The notes under the pieces: generated by a model
Told to the model about the DNA's origin: nothing
The model's input: only the letters and a program-made list of their open reading frames with translations
Databases searched by the model: none
NCBI GenBank assembly: GCA_020184695.1
Contig: JAANOX010000257.1
Location: 1 to 47,148 of the forward strand
Reading direction: 5' to 3'
DNA length: 47,148 nt
DNA from: Histomonas meleagridis 2922-C6/04-290x
Taxonomy: Eukaryota > Protista > Parabasalia
In this document: in pieces, positions 19,679 through 30,920 of the stretch
Numbering within the stretch: the first letter of the stretch is position 1
How the letters are laid out: every line of letters begins with the position of its first letter
Program-made: the position numbers and the translations under genes

Positions 19679-22600
19679 TTATCGGTTGTTTTCATTATTA
19701 TTGGAGCTACTTTGCATTGGCCGCTCATATCCACGTGTTCTTGAGCTGTAGCCATTTCTTTGTCCTCTTTCATAATTCCTATCTGTTCTTTGATAGAACC
19801 TGTCTTGTTGTAATGGTGCCTCATAATTCCTTCCCCTGTCATTGTCATTGTAATACCCTCTGTTGTCGCGTGGCCGATCATTTTGGTAACGTCTGTAATC
19901 GCGATTATCTCGTTCATATGCTCCTGGAGAACGGCTACGTTTGTCATTAGATGGACGCTTATCACGATCGTAATCACGTTGGTATGCTCCAGGCGAACGA
20001 CTTCGAGTATCATTATGATATCTGTTATAATCATTTCTATAACCAGGTCGATTATGCGATCCTCGAGGATAGCCATCGTCAAATGGTTCTGGGCGCCTTT
20101 GTTCGTTCTGTGGTCTGCCTCTTATATCTTCGTATGGGTTTCTTTGGTAGTAATTATAATTATATTCATCACGTGGTGGCGGTTGAGGCGGTTTCTGAGG
20201 TGGCTCTTGTGGCGGTTGTGGTGGTTTCTGGGGTGGCTCTTGTGGCGGTTGTGGTGGTTTCTGGGGTGGCTCTTGAGGCGGTTTTGGCGGTTCTTCTTGT
20301 GTTTGGTGTTGTGGCGGTTGGGGTGGTTTCTGGGGTGGCTCTCGTGGCGGTTGCGGTACATCTGTTGGGGGTGCCCTGGGGGTGCCCTGTTGTTTTGGTG
20401 TGTCGAGTGAAGTCGGCGCGTTTCCTCTTGGATTCTTGCCAGCAACCTTCATCGGAGGAGCAGGCAACGTCGGGGGAGGCCCGTGGGGGTTCTTTCTGCC
20501 TAATGTTGGGCGTAAATTGGAATCTGTTGTTTGCTTTGTATTAGCTGTAGGACTTACTTCTCTTTCTTCTTCGTGTGAAGATGCTTTATCAGCTAAATTG
20601 GAAGGTTTCGTTTCGCGCTTCGGCCCTTTTCTTGACAGTGCCGGCGGCCTTATGTTTGTCTGTGGCTTCTCCACTGGAGGTCTTGTTTCTTGCTTTTCGA
20701 TTGTTGGCGGTGGTGGCTGTGGTCTTTCTGCTACTGCAGGCTTCATCTCGCGCTTCGGCCCTTTCCTTGCTAGTGCTGGCGGCCTTATGCTCGCTTGAAG
20801 TTTCTCTACTGAAGGCTTTGCTTCTTGCTTTTCTATCATTGGCGGTGGTGGCTGCGGCTTCTCTGTTACACTTGGCTTTGGCTCCTGCCTTTCGACTGTT
20901 TGTGGCCTTTCTGCTACTGCAGGTTTCGCGTCGCGTTTTGGACCCTTTCCGGACAGCGCCGGCGGCCTTATGCTTACTTGTGGTTTCTCTATTGACTTTG
21001 TTTCCTTTTCTATTGTTTGTGGCTGTGGCCTTTCTGTTACTGGTTTTGTTTCGCGCTTTGGACCCTTTCCGGACAGCGCTGGCGGCCTTATGCTTGCTTG
21101 AAGTTTCTCTACTGAAGGCTTTGTTTCCTTTTCTATTGTTTGTGGCTGTGGCCTTTCTGTTACTGATGGTTTTGTTTCGCGCTTTGGACCCTTTCCAGAC
21201 AGCGCTGGCGGCCTTATGCTTACTTGTGGTTTCTCTATTGCCTTTGTTTCCTTTTCTATTGTTTGTGGCTGCGGCCTTTCTGTTGTCGAAGGTTTCACAT
21301 CGGCAAACCTTGAAAGTGGCGGCGGCTTTATGCTTGCTTGAAGTTTCTCTACTGAAGGCTTTGTTTCTTGCTTTTCGTACGATGGCTGCGGCCTTTCTGT
21401 TGTCGAAAGTTTCGTTTCGCGTATTGGAGCTTTCTCTACTGAAGGCTTTGTTTCCGTTTCATATGATGATACTTTATCTGTTAAATTCAAAGGTTTCGTT
21501 TCGCGCTTTGGTATTGTTGTTGGCTTCACTTCTTGTTTGACTTGTACTTTTTCTTGCTTTATTTCTTGTTGCTTTTGCTTTGCATCAGCAAGTCGTATGA
21601 GCTCTTGCTTTTGCGCGTATGACGAATGCCTTTGTTCATTTGTTTCATCGCTTTGACGAATTCGATAATCATTAACACTTTCATAACTTCTTTTCATTTG
21701 TGGAGTTCTTAAATTATCATTTTGTGGTGATTCATATTGTCTTTGCTGTTGTTGTTCATTAATATTTTCATAACTTCTTCTCGAACTTGGAAAACGATTT
21801 GTTTCTTGTTCATATTGTCTTTGTTGTTGATCAATATTTTCATAACTTCTTTTCATTGGTGCATTTCTTGAATTATCATTTTGTGGAGATTCATATTGTC
21901 TTTGTTGTTGTCGTTGTTCATTATTAATATTTTCATAACTTCTTCTCGAACTTGGAAAACGATTTGTTTCTTGTTCATATTGTCTTTGTTGTTGATCAAT
22001 ATTTTCATAACTTCTTTTCATTGGTGCATTTCTTGAATTATCATTTTGTGGTGATTCATATTGTCTTTGCCGTTGTTCATTATTAATATTTTCATAACTT
22101 CTTCTTGAACTTGTGAATCGATTTGTTTCTTGTTCATATTGTCTTTGTTGTTGATCAATATTTTCATAATTTCTTTTTGAGTTATACATTCTATTTGTAT
22201 CATTTTGTTCATAATTTCTTTTTTGCTCTAATTTAATTTCATAATTTCTTCTTTGTTCATATTGTTGTTGTTGTTGTTGTATTGGCGGCGGAGAATTTAT
22301 ATGAACTTTTCTATCTATCTTTTCTGCATTTGTAGGCATTTCAGGTATATTTGGCTTTGGTTGTATCAAAGGTATTTTTCTTTTACCATCAGTAATCCAT
22401 GCAACACCTTGAACGACTATTTCAAGATTTGGTAAATTTTCAGTTGTTAAATGCAAATATTGTTTTGGTATTTTATCTCCGAATAACGAAGTATAAACTC
22501 TTAAACTTTCAGATCTTAAGATTGAAATATATTTTGATTTTATTGTCATTATTTCCCATAACGTTTCAATTATTTCGGATGTTTGATTTGAATCATTAAT

Positions 22601-25270
22601 TATTGCATCTTTAACATCATCACGAGTTTTATCTTTTGGTATAAATAACAAATATGATTCGAATTTATTAGAAGAACCTTCAAAAACAGAGTTATGAATG
22701 AATCGATGAATTTCTCTTAAACATTTTGATGCTACTATATAATCACCTGCATCAACGAGTTTCTTTATATCAGAAATTAAATGTGCAAATGAAATTTTCT
22801 CTTTAAAATAAAACGCTAAATATAACAAACATTTAAATATTATAGCTCTACATTCGAAATAATTTGTATTTTGTAATACATTATTTCTCATTTCATTAAT
22901 GTCAGGAATTAATTCTTCTTTATTTGAGTTTTTAATAGCTATAGCTGTTAAAGCTGTATAACCAGCACTTGAAATAATATTTTCGAATGTCGGAATTGTC
23001 GCATGTAAAGTTAATTGTGATTTAATTAATTCTTGTGACTTAATGAAATGATTAATAATATTACTATTAATTCGACCTAAAGCTAATTCAACTTCAGCAT
23101 TAAAAGCGTCATCATTATATTGATTATTAGTATTCTTCGATTTATCCAAAATTGTTATAAATAAATCAATTATATATGGAGGAGTTGTTAAATCAGTTTG
23201 TCTGATGATTGATAATGATTTAATTACTTCTAATTGTATATAATGTTTAGGTATATCATGGAAATCATGACTTTTAGGTGAATCTTTATCAAAGAAATTA
23301 TCTTTATACCATCTTACCAATTCTTGTTCATAAAAATTTTCATCAACACTTAATTGAAAATAAGCCATAGCTCGAGCTATATGACAACGAACACCATAAT
23401 AAACATTAGGGTTCTCTAATATTTTCTTTAACTTAAGTAATAGTTCTGAATCTTGTGTCTTTATATCTTTAAAATCTTCTAAATCAGAGATAACTTGATG
23501 TTGTGTAAATACATCTCTTCGTAATTCTAATTGATTTAATAACATAAATTTAGGTAATCTTTCTCTAATTCGACATATCCAAGTCGGTTTTGGATCTAAA
23601 CAAATCCATAAAATTACGTTCGTAAGTGTTAAAGTTACTTGTTCATTAATACTAAAATTATCTGGATTCCGTAATTCATATGTCATCGTGTTCTTCTTAA
23701 ATTTTAATGAATGATATGTAATTGTATGCATTTGTAATTGGTTCTCTATCGAGATAGTTTCTTCATAAGGTCGATGCATATCATGTAATTGTATTGTCAT
23801 TTTCCCAGTAAAATATGGAACTTTAGTATATTCACTTGAATTATATTGATATAATACTATTTTAGATAATTTATTTCTTCGATCAATATTAAAATTATAT
23901 GTAAATACTGGATAACCATTTGAACGTAACCATTGTTCTTTAAATGCTTTAAAATCAATTGCAGGACAATACATTGGTAATTGTTTTATAAAATATGTCG
24001 ATGGGAAATCAGTTCTATCTTCAATATCTTTTAGAAATGATCGAAGTAATAATAAAAAAGCATCTTGATTAGCCATAGATTGTGATATCATATTAATTAA
24101 TAATTTCGATTTAATCTTTAAATATTCATCTGGATATGGTCGTAATGTAGTTGGATCAATTGCATCTAATACAATGGATGGATGAATATCTTCATCATAT
24201 AAATAATTTAAATCATTCCAACGTTGATCTAATGGAAAACATTGCGTAAGATATTTACTACATATTTGATCAGCATAATATTTAATAAGACCAATTTGAA
24301 GCCATTCATTCTTTGGATCTGGAATTGGGAATAAATATAAGATGTATTGCTCTATGATGACTTCGGATAACATTTGTAAGTTTCGTGGAATTACATTAAC
24401 ATTCCCAATTTGTAAAAGCATTCGTGACGTAAAACATACTATCCCTGGAAATGAATGTGGTTCACTTAGAAATGGTAAAAAAACAAAGGAATATTGAGAA
24501 AATAATGGATCTTCATACGCAAATAAATTTGATACTTCATTAAATATGTCTGGAATGGGCTTAAGCGTGTTCTTAACTTTGTCCGTCTCTTGATAATAAT
24601 ACATAAAAAAAGATTCGTTCGAGTCCGGCAATGGTTCAGAATTAAAATTGCCGCATATAAAACCTATTGCTTTCGGAACAACTGGAATACCAACCTTAAA
24701 TTGAATGGTATTAGTGTGGAGTTTAGTATCCGTGTTAAGATGTTTCTTTTCGCCTGGTCCAATTATGACAAGAAGTGCATCATAAGTAATATTCAAAGTA
24801 AAATATGATCGTTGTGAAGTTTCGCCCATACATGGAAACCATGAGGCAGGACCATCAACTTTGTTGTCTGTAAAAATACAATTTTGATCTCGAATAATTG
24901 CTGTTGAATCATCATTAACTTCAAACTCAATTTTAACCACAAGAGGAAAAGAAAAATCGGAGTGGATTGGAATAATGAGTTCTGGCGATTGAAGGACAGC
25001 TTTACAAACAGATGAAAAATGTGCAGCATCTCGAACAATTGGCCCGTTATTAAATTCAAGTGCTTTCCTACTATTTATGTACTGGTATTCTACATTAGTT
25101 CCATTTATGGAAACTGAGTTAATTTGCATTTGTCGAGCATTTAAGAAAATTACGTCAGGAGCTGTTTGTGGTGCTGCTTCTATATCTATTTCAGTAAACC
25201 CAGAAATATGTTGTGTTTGTGAATTAATTATTATATTAAGAAGCTGCCTCTTGACATGCAGCTCTGACAT
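19679..25270 (-). CDS. TAF2: TFIID subunit 2 (aminopeptidase-like fold) with a very long repetitive C-terminal extension
   Basis: 1863-aa ORF. The first ~1000 aa match TAF2 (ISGFTEIDIE, IFLNARQMQINSVSING, ASWFPC, WLRSNGYPVF, LWICLDP, QLELRRDVFTQHQVI, FYGVR-like YYGVRCHIARA); no intact HEXXH is seen. Followed by Q/R/E, P/K/E and Pro-rich repeats. Confidence 0.82.
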   Translation of the reverse strand: MSELHVKRQLLNIIINSQTQHISGFTEIDIEAAPQTAPDVIFLNARQMQINSVSINGTNVEYQYINSRKALEFNNGPIVRDAAHFSSVCKAVLQSPELIIPIHSDFSFPLVVKIEFEVNDDSTAIIRDQNCIFTDNKVDGPASWFPCMGETSQRSYFTLNITYDALLVIIGPGEKKHLNTDTKLHTNTIQFKVGIPVVPKAIGFICGNFNSEPLPDSNESFFMYYYQETDKVKNTLKPIPDIFNEVSNLFAYEDPLFSQYSFVFLPFLSEPHSFPGIVCFTSRMLLQIGNVNVIPRNLQMLSEVIIEQYILYLFPIPDPKNEWLQIGLIKYYADQICSKYLTQCFPLDQRWNDLNYLYDEDIHPSIVLDAIDPTTLRPYPDEYLKIKSKLLINMISQSMANQDAFLLLLRSFLKDIEDRTDFPSTYFIKQLPMYCPAIDFKAFKEQWLRSNGYPVFTYNFNIDRRNKLSKIVLYQYNSSEYTKVPYFTGKMTIQLHDMHRPYEETISIENQLQMHTITYHSLKFKKNTMTYELRNPDNFSINEQVTLTLTNVILWICLDPKPTWICRIRERLPKFMLLNQLELRRDVFTQHQVISDLEDFKDIKTQDSELLLKLKKILENPNVYYGVRCHIARAMAYFQLSVDENFYEQELVRWYKDNFFDKDSPKSHDFHDIPKHYIQLEVIKSLSIIRQTDLTTPPYIIDLFITILDKSKNTNNQYNDDAFNAEVELALGRINSNIINHFIKSQELIKSQLTLHATIPTFENIISSAGYTALTAIAIKNSNKEELIPDINEMRNNVLQNTNYFECRAIIFKCLLYLAFYFKEKISFAHLISDIKKLVDAGDYIVASKCLREIHRFIHNSVFEGSSNKFESYLLFIPKDKTRDDVKDAIINDSNQTSEIIETLWEIMTIKSKYISILRSESLRVYTSLFGDKIPKQYLHLTTENLPNLEIVVQGVAWITDGKRKIPLIQPKPNIPEMPTNAEKIDRKVHINSPPPIQQQQQQYEQRRNYEIKLEQKRNYEQNDTNRMYNSKRNYENIDQQQRQYEQETNRFTSSRRSYENINNEQRQRQYESPQNDNSRNAPMKRSYENIDQQQRQYEQETNRFPSSRRSYENINNEQRQQQRQYESPQNDNSRNAPMKRSYENIDQQQRQYEQETNRFPSSRRSYENINEQQQQRQYESPQNDNLRTPQMKRSYESVNDYRIRQSDETNEQRHSSYAQKQELIRLADAKQKQQEIKQEKVQVKQEVKPTTIPKRETKPLNLTDKVSSYETETKPSVEKAPIRETKLSTTERPQPSYEKQETKPSVEKLQASIKPPPLSRFADVKPSTTERPQPQTIEKETKAIEKPQVSIRPPALSGKGPKRETKPSVTERPQPQTIEKETKPSVEKLQASIRPPALSGKGPKRETKPVTERPQPQTIEKETKSIEKPQVSIRPPALSGKGPKRDAKPAVAERPQTVERQEPKPSVTEKPQPPPPMIEKQEAKPSVEKLQASIRPPALARKGPKREMKPAVAERPQPPPPTIEKQETRPPVEKPQTNIRPPALSRKGPKRETKPSNLADKASSHEEEREVSPTANTKQTTDSNLRPTLGRKNPHGPPPTLPAPPMKVAGKNPRGNAPTSLDTPKQQGTPRAPPTDVPQPPREPPQKPPQPPQHQTQEEPPKPPQEPPQKPPQPPQEPPQKPPQPPQEPPQKPPQPPPRDEYNYNYYQRNPYEDIRGRPQNEQRRPEPFDDGYPRGSHNRPGYRNDYNRYHNDTRSRSPGAYQRDYDRDKRPSNDKRSRSPGAYERDNRDYRRYQNDRPRDNRGYYNDNDRGRNYEAPLQQDRFYQRTDRNYERGQRNGYSSRTRGYERPMQSSSNNNENNR
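20190..22170 (-). repeat. Three families of coding tandem repeats in the TAF2 tail
   Basis: 33-nt PQEPPQKPPQP units (about 20190-20350), KPSVEKLQASIRPPALSGKGPKRETKP-type units (about 20590-21480), and QQRQYEQETNRF.SSRRSYENI...YESPQNDN units (about 21680-22170). Confidence 0.85.
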
Positions 25271-26313
25271 GATTTTACCCCTTAGGTCAAGGGAAAAAAC
25301 AACGGTTATTAATTCATTCGGAAAGCACGTTTATAATTTCATACAAAAAGTTTTAGGAGCAACAAAACCCAACTTAGAAGAAATTTGAGGTTTAATAGTA
25401 AAGATTATCAAAAATTAACAATAGTGTGATATTAATAAGGAACGTATGGAGGCCTTCCTGTCACAGCTACTTGAAAAATAAGCTTGATGGTGAGTCTGAC
25501 ATTTTCCTCAAGGGAACATTATTAAACCAATCAACTGTCACTTCTCCTTCTGGACAATTGGAAACTAGTAGGTTAAGAATTCGGCAAAGATCTTTCAGAA
25601 ATTGTTGCCTAATGTTTTACAATCAACATAACAATGTTCTTGTCATAGGCGTTTTTTCAAATTCATTGAAAATATCACGTCTTTAATGTAATTTTTATTT
25701 ATAAAAAATAATATGAACCAACATATTACATCTTTTAATACATTACATATTCCTTTACAAAAAATGAAAGAATTTTATATTTATTGCATAAAATTCATTC
25801 TTTCCCTAACCAACAATGTTTAAAGATAAAATTTCGATGAAATTTAATAGCTGTTTCATGTGTACTTGTAAATGTTGAATGATTTTGTTCGCAGAAATGA
25901 ATGATTACTTTTTTTGAAACTTAAGGATCTTTTTGTGTTTTTATATACTGACCACTAATTTGCTAGTATACATAGAATATTTATACAAAAAATGTGATCC
26001 AAATCCGAAATTTGTCAAAAATGAATTTTTTTAATTAATTTAATAATTCATGTTTTATATATTCGATATTTAATATATTATTTTTATCATAAATTGAAAT
26101 GATTGTTTAAAAATTTCATTTTTAAAAAAAAACTTAATTCCAAATCGTTTTAAATTTTTATATGGATCTAAGGATTTTTCAAAAGTTTTTCTAAATTTTT
26201 CAAAATTTATTCTGTGTTTTAAAATTGCACTTTGTCAAAAGTAAAAACAACTTTGTCGAATCAATGTTTCTTGTTTTCCTTTTGTTTTGAGGAGCTCTGT
26301 TCGAATTCATCAA

Positions 26314-26739
26314 ATGGGAGAAAGCTCAAACATTGCTTACGATTTCAAACCAGGATCCCCAATCACTGTTGATGAATCACGGATGACACCAGTACAAATT
26401 AATACAGATGTAATAACTGTGGAACATTTAAAAAGATTAAATAGTACCAATGGTTTTCTTAAAAGAAAATACGGGAAATTGTATACATTCGGAATGCCTT
26501 TTAAGTTGGCGAGGAGATATCGAAAAATTTTAATTAGAAGGAATCCAAATTTGAATGAAGAAGAAATTAATCAAGCATTATTTGATCTAGCTAAAAGCCT
26601 CAAAATTTGGATTCTAGATGCTAATTTATGGCCTGGATGGGATCATTATCCAATTACTGTAGCAGATTTTGATTATAAGCCTCACTTAGATGACGATTTA
26701 TCGAAAGATGAATTAAACGAAAAGCCTCAATCAAGTTAG
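26314..26739 (+). CDS. Hypothetical protein (~140 aa)
   Basis: Open frame with protein-like composition. First ATG at 26314; the ORF track starts at TTG 26287. Confidence 0.6.
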   Translation: MGESSNIAYDFKPGSPITVDESRMTPVQINTDVITVEHLKRLNSTNGFLKRKYGKLYTFGMPFKLARRYRKILIRRNPNLNEEEINQALFDLAKSLKIWILDANLWPGWDHYPITVADFDYKPHLDDDLSKDELNEKPQSS

Positions 26740-26843
26740 GCACAAGTTTTTTTTCATAAATGCTGTTCAAATTATTTTTTTTTACATCTTTCATATAAAT
26801 TGCTTTTATGTTAAGAAGTTACCTATTTGTAGAATCTTAGAAT

Positions 26844-27146
26844 TTATTCAACCAGTTTCCCTATCTTGAGCTTTTCAATAATTGCAGGATCAACATGGGG
26901 ATGAACAGCCATGAAATGATTTGTAATATCTTTGTTATTTGTCATGAAGCAATTTGTACCACCTGGATGATTAAATACGTACTGTGTTAAATCATATACG
27001 TAACCATTTAAAACAACCCACATATCTTTTTTGGTATTATGTTCTTTTACTTGTTCCATTGTTATATCTCCTATCCATTCGAGTTGTGTCGCTTTTTCCA
27101 TCCATTCTTTTTGCATTTTTACTCTCCTTTCCCTAAACCCATCCAT
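26844..27146 (-). CDS. Cytochrome b5-like heme/steroid-binding protein
   Basis: ITMEQVKEHNTKKDMWVVLNGYVYDLTQYVFNHPGG...DITNHFMAVH: HPGG motif plus a second His ligand. Confidence 0.9.
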   Translation of the reverse strand: MDGFRERRVKMQKEWMEKATQLEWIGDITMEQVKEHNTKKDMWVVLNGYVYDLTQYVFNHPGGTNCFMTNNKDITNHFMAVHPHVDPAIIEKLKIGKLVE

Positions 27147-27252
27147 TTTATTGAGTGCAAACGGTCTTATTCACAAAATTGATGAAAACGATAGAAAATT
27201 TGAACTTATTTTAAAAATTGAAAACATTACAAAAACGTTTATTAATTTGGAC

Positions 27253-27945
27253 ATGAGTACTTTCCAATGCCCAATCTGTTTTGATTCTTCAACAGAAGTT
27301 GGTGTTGCTGATTGTGGTCATTCATATTGTTCAAAATGTATTCGACACTGGTGCGAAGAATCAAGCACATGTCCAATTTGTCGTCAAGAAATAAAAAAAA
27401 TCAGAATTTTTGTCAATTCATTTTATATGGGACAAGTAATCAATGTTGAGGAAAAAAAAGTAAAGGTCCCCGATGAGCAAATAACACTTGATGATTTCAT
27501 AGATGATAGTGAAGATTTTCTTTCGCAATATGAAGAAGATTCGGAACCTGATCCAAGAAACGAAGGTACTACATGGATTTCAGGCCATAGAATATCTTTA
27601 AGGCCTCAACACAGAAGCCAAAATAAGGAATTATTTAGTCAAGTATTCCGTTCAATGGTCGCAGAAGCCAAATCCAAACAAGAAAAATCGCATCTACTGC
27701 GCTCTTTACACGCTTGTTTAGAAGAACTTCAACAGCAAAAAAAGATTGATCAAATTATGTTTAAACAGATTCGAAACAAGGTCATTTCAAAATTTATTAA
27801 CAACTCTGAGCTACACGCAAAGTTCGAAGACATCAAAAAATATGTAATGATGCAAGTTGTTTCGATGAATCCAAAACTTTTAAGTACAAAACTTACCAGA
27901 AAAGCAAATTCTCAACTCGAAAAGACAGAAATTGAGATAGAGTAA
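27253..27945 (+). CDS. RING-finger (C3HC4) protein
   Basis: CPICFD...CGHSYCSKCIRHW...CPICRQ. ATG at 27253; the ORF track starts at a TTG upstream. Confidence 0.88.
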   Translation: MSTFQCPICFDSSTEVGVADCGHSYCSKCIRHWCEESSTCPICRQEIKKIRIFVNSFYMGQVINVEEKKVKVPDEQITLDDFIDDSEDFLSQYEEDSEPDPRNEGTTWISGHRISLRPQHRSQNKELFSQVFRSMVAEAKSKQEKSHLLRSLHACLEELQQQKKIDQIMFKQIRNKVISKFINNSELHAKFEDIKKYVMMQVVSMNPKLLSTKLTRKANSQLEKTEIEIE

Positions 27946-28051
27946 TCGACTATTTTAACAGAACTGTATTCTGTTAAAGTTAGATTTATTATTAAATTTA
28001 TTAAATAAATAAACGTACATTATATTCAATTTTCAACACACAAAAAGGTTC

Positions 28052-28104
28052 GAATTCGACTTTTTGAAACGTTTTCAATCAAACCCGATCAAAAGTGCCA
28101 CAAT
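28052..28104 (+). repeat. ~54-bp dispersed element, inverted copy at 42154-42207
   Basis: GAATTCGACTTTTTGAAACGTTTTCAATCAAACCCGATCAAAAGTGCCACAAT versus the reverse complement of 42154-42207, GAAATTCGACTTTTTGAAAACGATTTCAATAAAACCGATCAAAAGTGTCACGAT. Confidence 0.75.
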
Positions 28105-28176
28105 TTGAAAAAACATTATTAAAATTTCAATATTTTATAAGAACATTTTACTTAAAAAAAATAAAATTATTTTTTA

Positions 28177-29900
28177 TCATTCATCATTTTGTTCTTCTAC
28201 TATAATTTCTCTGTTATATAATTCTTTTTCTTTATATACAGCTGCAAAAGGATCTTCATCAACAAAGGAAGGTCGTATTTCTCCAAATTTAGATCCCACA
28301 TCGAAGTAACCATAATATTCATCTTTCATATCAACGATTGTGTTATTACTTTTCGGTAAAGATTCTTTCCTTTTCTTTTTTAATATTATAATCACAACAA
28401 CTATAACTATTATTATTATGACAACAATACAAACGCAAACCAAAATTATAACCAAATTATTATTATTCTTTTTATCTTTAATTTCGTATGAACTTGTATA
28501 AAATTCATTATAAGTTGATACAATAATTGGTTCATAAATATAAATGCTTGTAGGAACATAAATTATTTCAGTATCTAACATTGATGGAGAAAGTGTTATA
28601 GAGATACTGCTTACATATGTAAAAGTATATGATATATTATAAGTTATATCTGGAATTATTTCATTTGATTTTATATATGTATTATTTTGCGTATATGTAT
28701 TATTTTGCGTATATGTATTATTTTGTGTATATGTATGATTTTGCGTATATGTATTATTTTGCGTATATGTGTTTGATTGTGTAAATGTTTGTGTTTGTAG
28801 TATACATTCATTTAATGTATCATTTATAACTACTTTTCCTCCAAATGTTTCATTTTGATATTCTTTTGTTACAAAAATTTTAATTAAATTTTGAGAATCC
28901 AAAAAAACATTTGTTCCATCAATAATTATTGGTTCTTCGATACCATAATAATAAACACATTGTAAACTTTCACATTTTTGAAATGCAAACTTCTCAATAC
29001 AATTAACATTTTCACCAATATAAATTGTATTTAAATTCGAGCAATTATAAAATGCTTCTTGTTTAATTATTTTTGTTGTATTACTAATAATAATTGTTTT
29101 TATATTTCCACAATGTCTAAATGATGATACTTCAATTGTAATAACTTCATCAGGTAAAGTAAACGTATCAATTGTATAACTTGATGGACAACATATGATT
29201 ACTGATAAATTTTTAGTATAAAGAATTGAATCATTTTTATAATTCGAAAAATAATTACTTCCTTCAGATACTTTAATCGCAATAAGTTTTGGACATGGCG
29301 AAAATACAGAATCACCAATAGTTTGTATCATATCAGTTATTGTTATTTCTTCAAGGCTATAACAATAAGCAAAACATAGTTCTTGTATTTCAGTAACATT
29401 AACACCAAAGTTAATGGATATTAGTGAAAAACAACTGTGGAACGCTTGATATCCAATGGTTTCAACACAATCTGGAATTGTAATATTTCTTAATGAAGTA
29501 CAACGTAAAAATGTCCAACTATTAAGTAGTTTTAATTTTTGACAATTAAATGTTATGTTAATTAAACTGGTACAAGATGCAAATATATACTGTTCAATGT
29601 CTGTAACTCCTGTTCCAAAAATAACTGATTGTAAATTTGTACATCCTGAAAATGCTCTACTATTTATAGTTGTGACATTATCACCAATTATAACTTTAAT
29701 TAGTGTATGTTCTCTAAAGGCATTTTCGGGAATTGAGGTAACACCAGTAATTTCAACTTCTTTGGCATTGATTAAGTCTTTTGACTTAAAGTCTTCATCA
29801 GTTTTAATGACAAATTTCCCACTTTCTTCATCAAGTGATTCAAATGAATGAATCAAAAATATGAATAAGAAAATAAAATTGATATGTTTTCCTAAATCAT
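28177..29900 (-). CDS. BspA-like leucine-rich-repeat surface protein (signal peptide, LRR_5 repeats, T/Q/N stalk, TM, tail)
   Basis: Repeats of the form VTTINSRAFSGCTNLQSVIF and VETIGYQAFHSCFSLISINF, TQNNTY hexapeptide repeats, and a TM (LVIILVCVCIVVIIIIVIVVVIIIL-KKKRK). There is no in-frame ATG near the signal peptide, so the start is uncertain (see finding). Confidence 0.85.
28675..28795 (-). repeat. 18-nt coding tandem repeat (TQNNTY) in the BspA stalk
   Basis: TTGCGTATATGTATTATT units on the + strand, about 6 copies. Confidence 0.85.
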
Positions 29901-30920
29901 TTGAAAGATGTTTTACTTTATTTGTAATTATTTTAATAAAGAATAAAATGACGTAAAGAGTGCTTAATGATTTACAAATATTAAATGAATCTATTTGAAT
30001 TTTATGTAGTTGCATTAAATGTTTCTTTAAATTAATATTGCAAATTTGATGCTTTGAAGGAATGATAAAATCATTTATGAAATTTGGAACTATTTTTTTC
30101 TTTGAATTCATCTTTTGATACTGCAAAGCAACACTTTTATATAATCCAATTATATTATTAAAGAACAAAATAAGGGTTAGGTGTAACATAATCATAATTT
30201 TTTTTGGATAAAAAATGTCTATTGGAGTTTTTAAAAAATAAATCTGTCTAAAGACGTTTGTTATGAAAAACTTTAAAGTACAGTTTTATTCACTTTGCTC
30301 AAGGTGATTATTAAATAATAATCATAATTTGCAAGTAGCCTTGTCTATTTAATAATAGCTTAAGAGAAAATAATAAGCCCATGAAAATTTTTGGGCTTGA
30401 GAAAAGTGGCATTTTTAGTACACCCCCAGAAAAAGACACATAAATAGATAGAAATTATAACATCCTTTGATTGTGATTACTATCAGCATTGATTTAGTAT
30501 AAATATATATATCGATTTTCTGTGTGTACCACTAAAAATTCGTTCATCTTTAGGTCTCACTATGAATTTAGATCATTTTTACAATATACAAAGAAACATT
30601 ATAAAATGCAAAAAAATGAAGCACTTGATCAACCATTAAATTCAGTGAAACAAGAAGGAATCGCTTCTATTTTGCATAAAGATTTCAATGATCAAATTGT
30701 TTTTAACATTTATTAATCAAGTTGTTTTATCTGAATAATATTCAAAAAACGAAGTTACTTCAGTCTCGAATTTGAATCAACGATTTTTTTGATTTGATGA
30801 TGAATTTAAATAATATTATATACATATATATCAAAAACCAAGTCATAAGCCATCAATATGACAAGAGTGTGTTAATGGTTTGTTAAAATTTACAGACGAT
30901 CACTTATTTCATCTCTTTAC

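Noticed and set aside
19883-21540. Long + strand ORFs (175, 197, 321 aa) antisense to TAF2
   Set aside because: They are shadows of the Pro/Lys/Glu repeat codons, with repetitive V/A/L/F composition and no independent signals.
25426-25686. 86-aa ORF upstream of TAF2
   Set aside because: It has a GTG start and an apparent frameshift after MEAFLSQLLE. There is no recognisable family, so it is too weak to call as a gene.
29901-30195. N-terminal ~100 aa of the ORF-track BspA protein (TTG start)
   Set aside because: It looks like stop-free AT-rich upstream DNA; the signal-peptide-like segment begins only near 29880.
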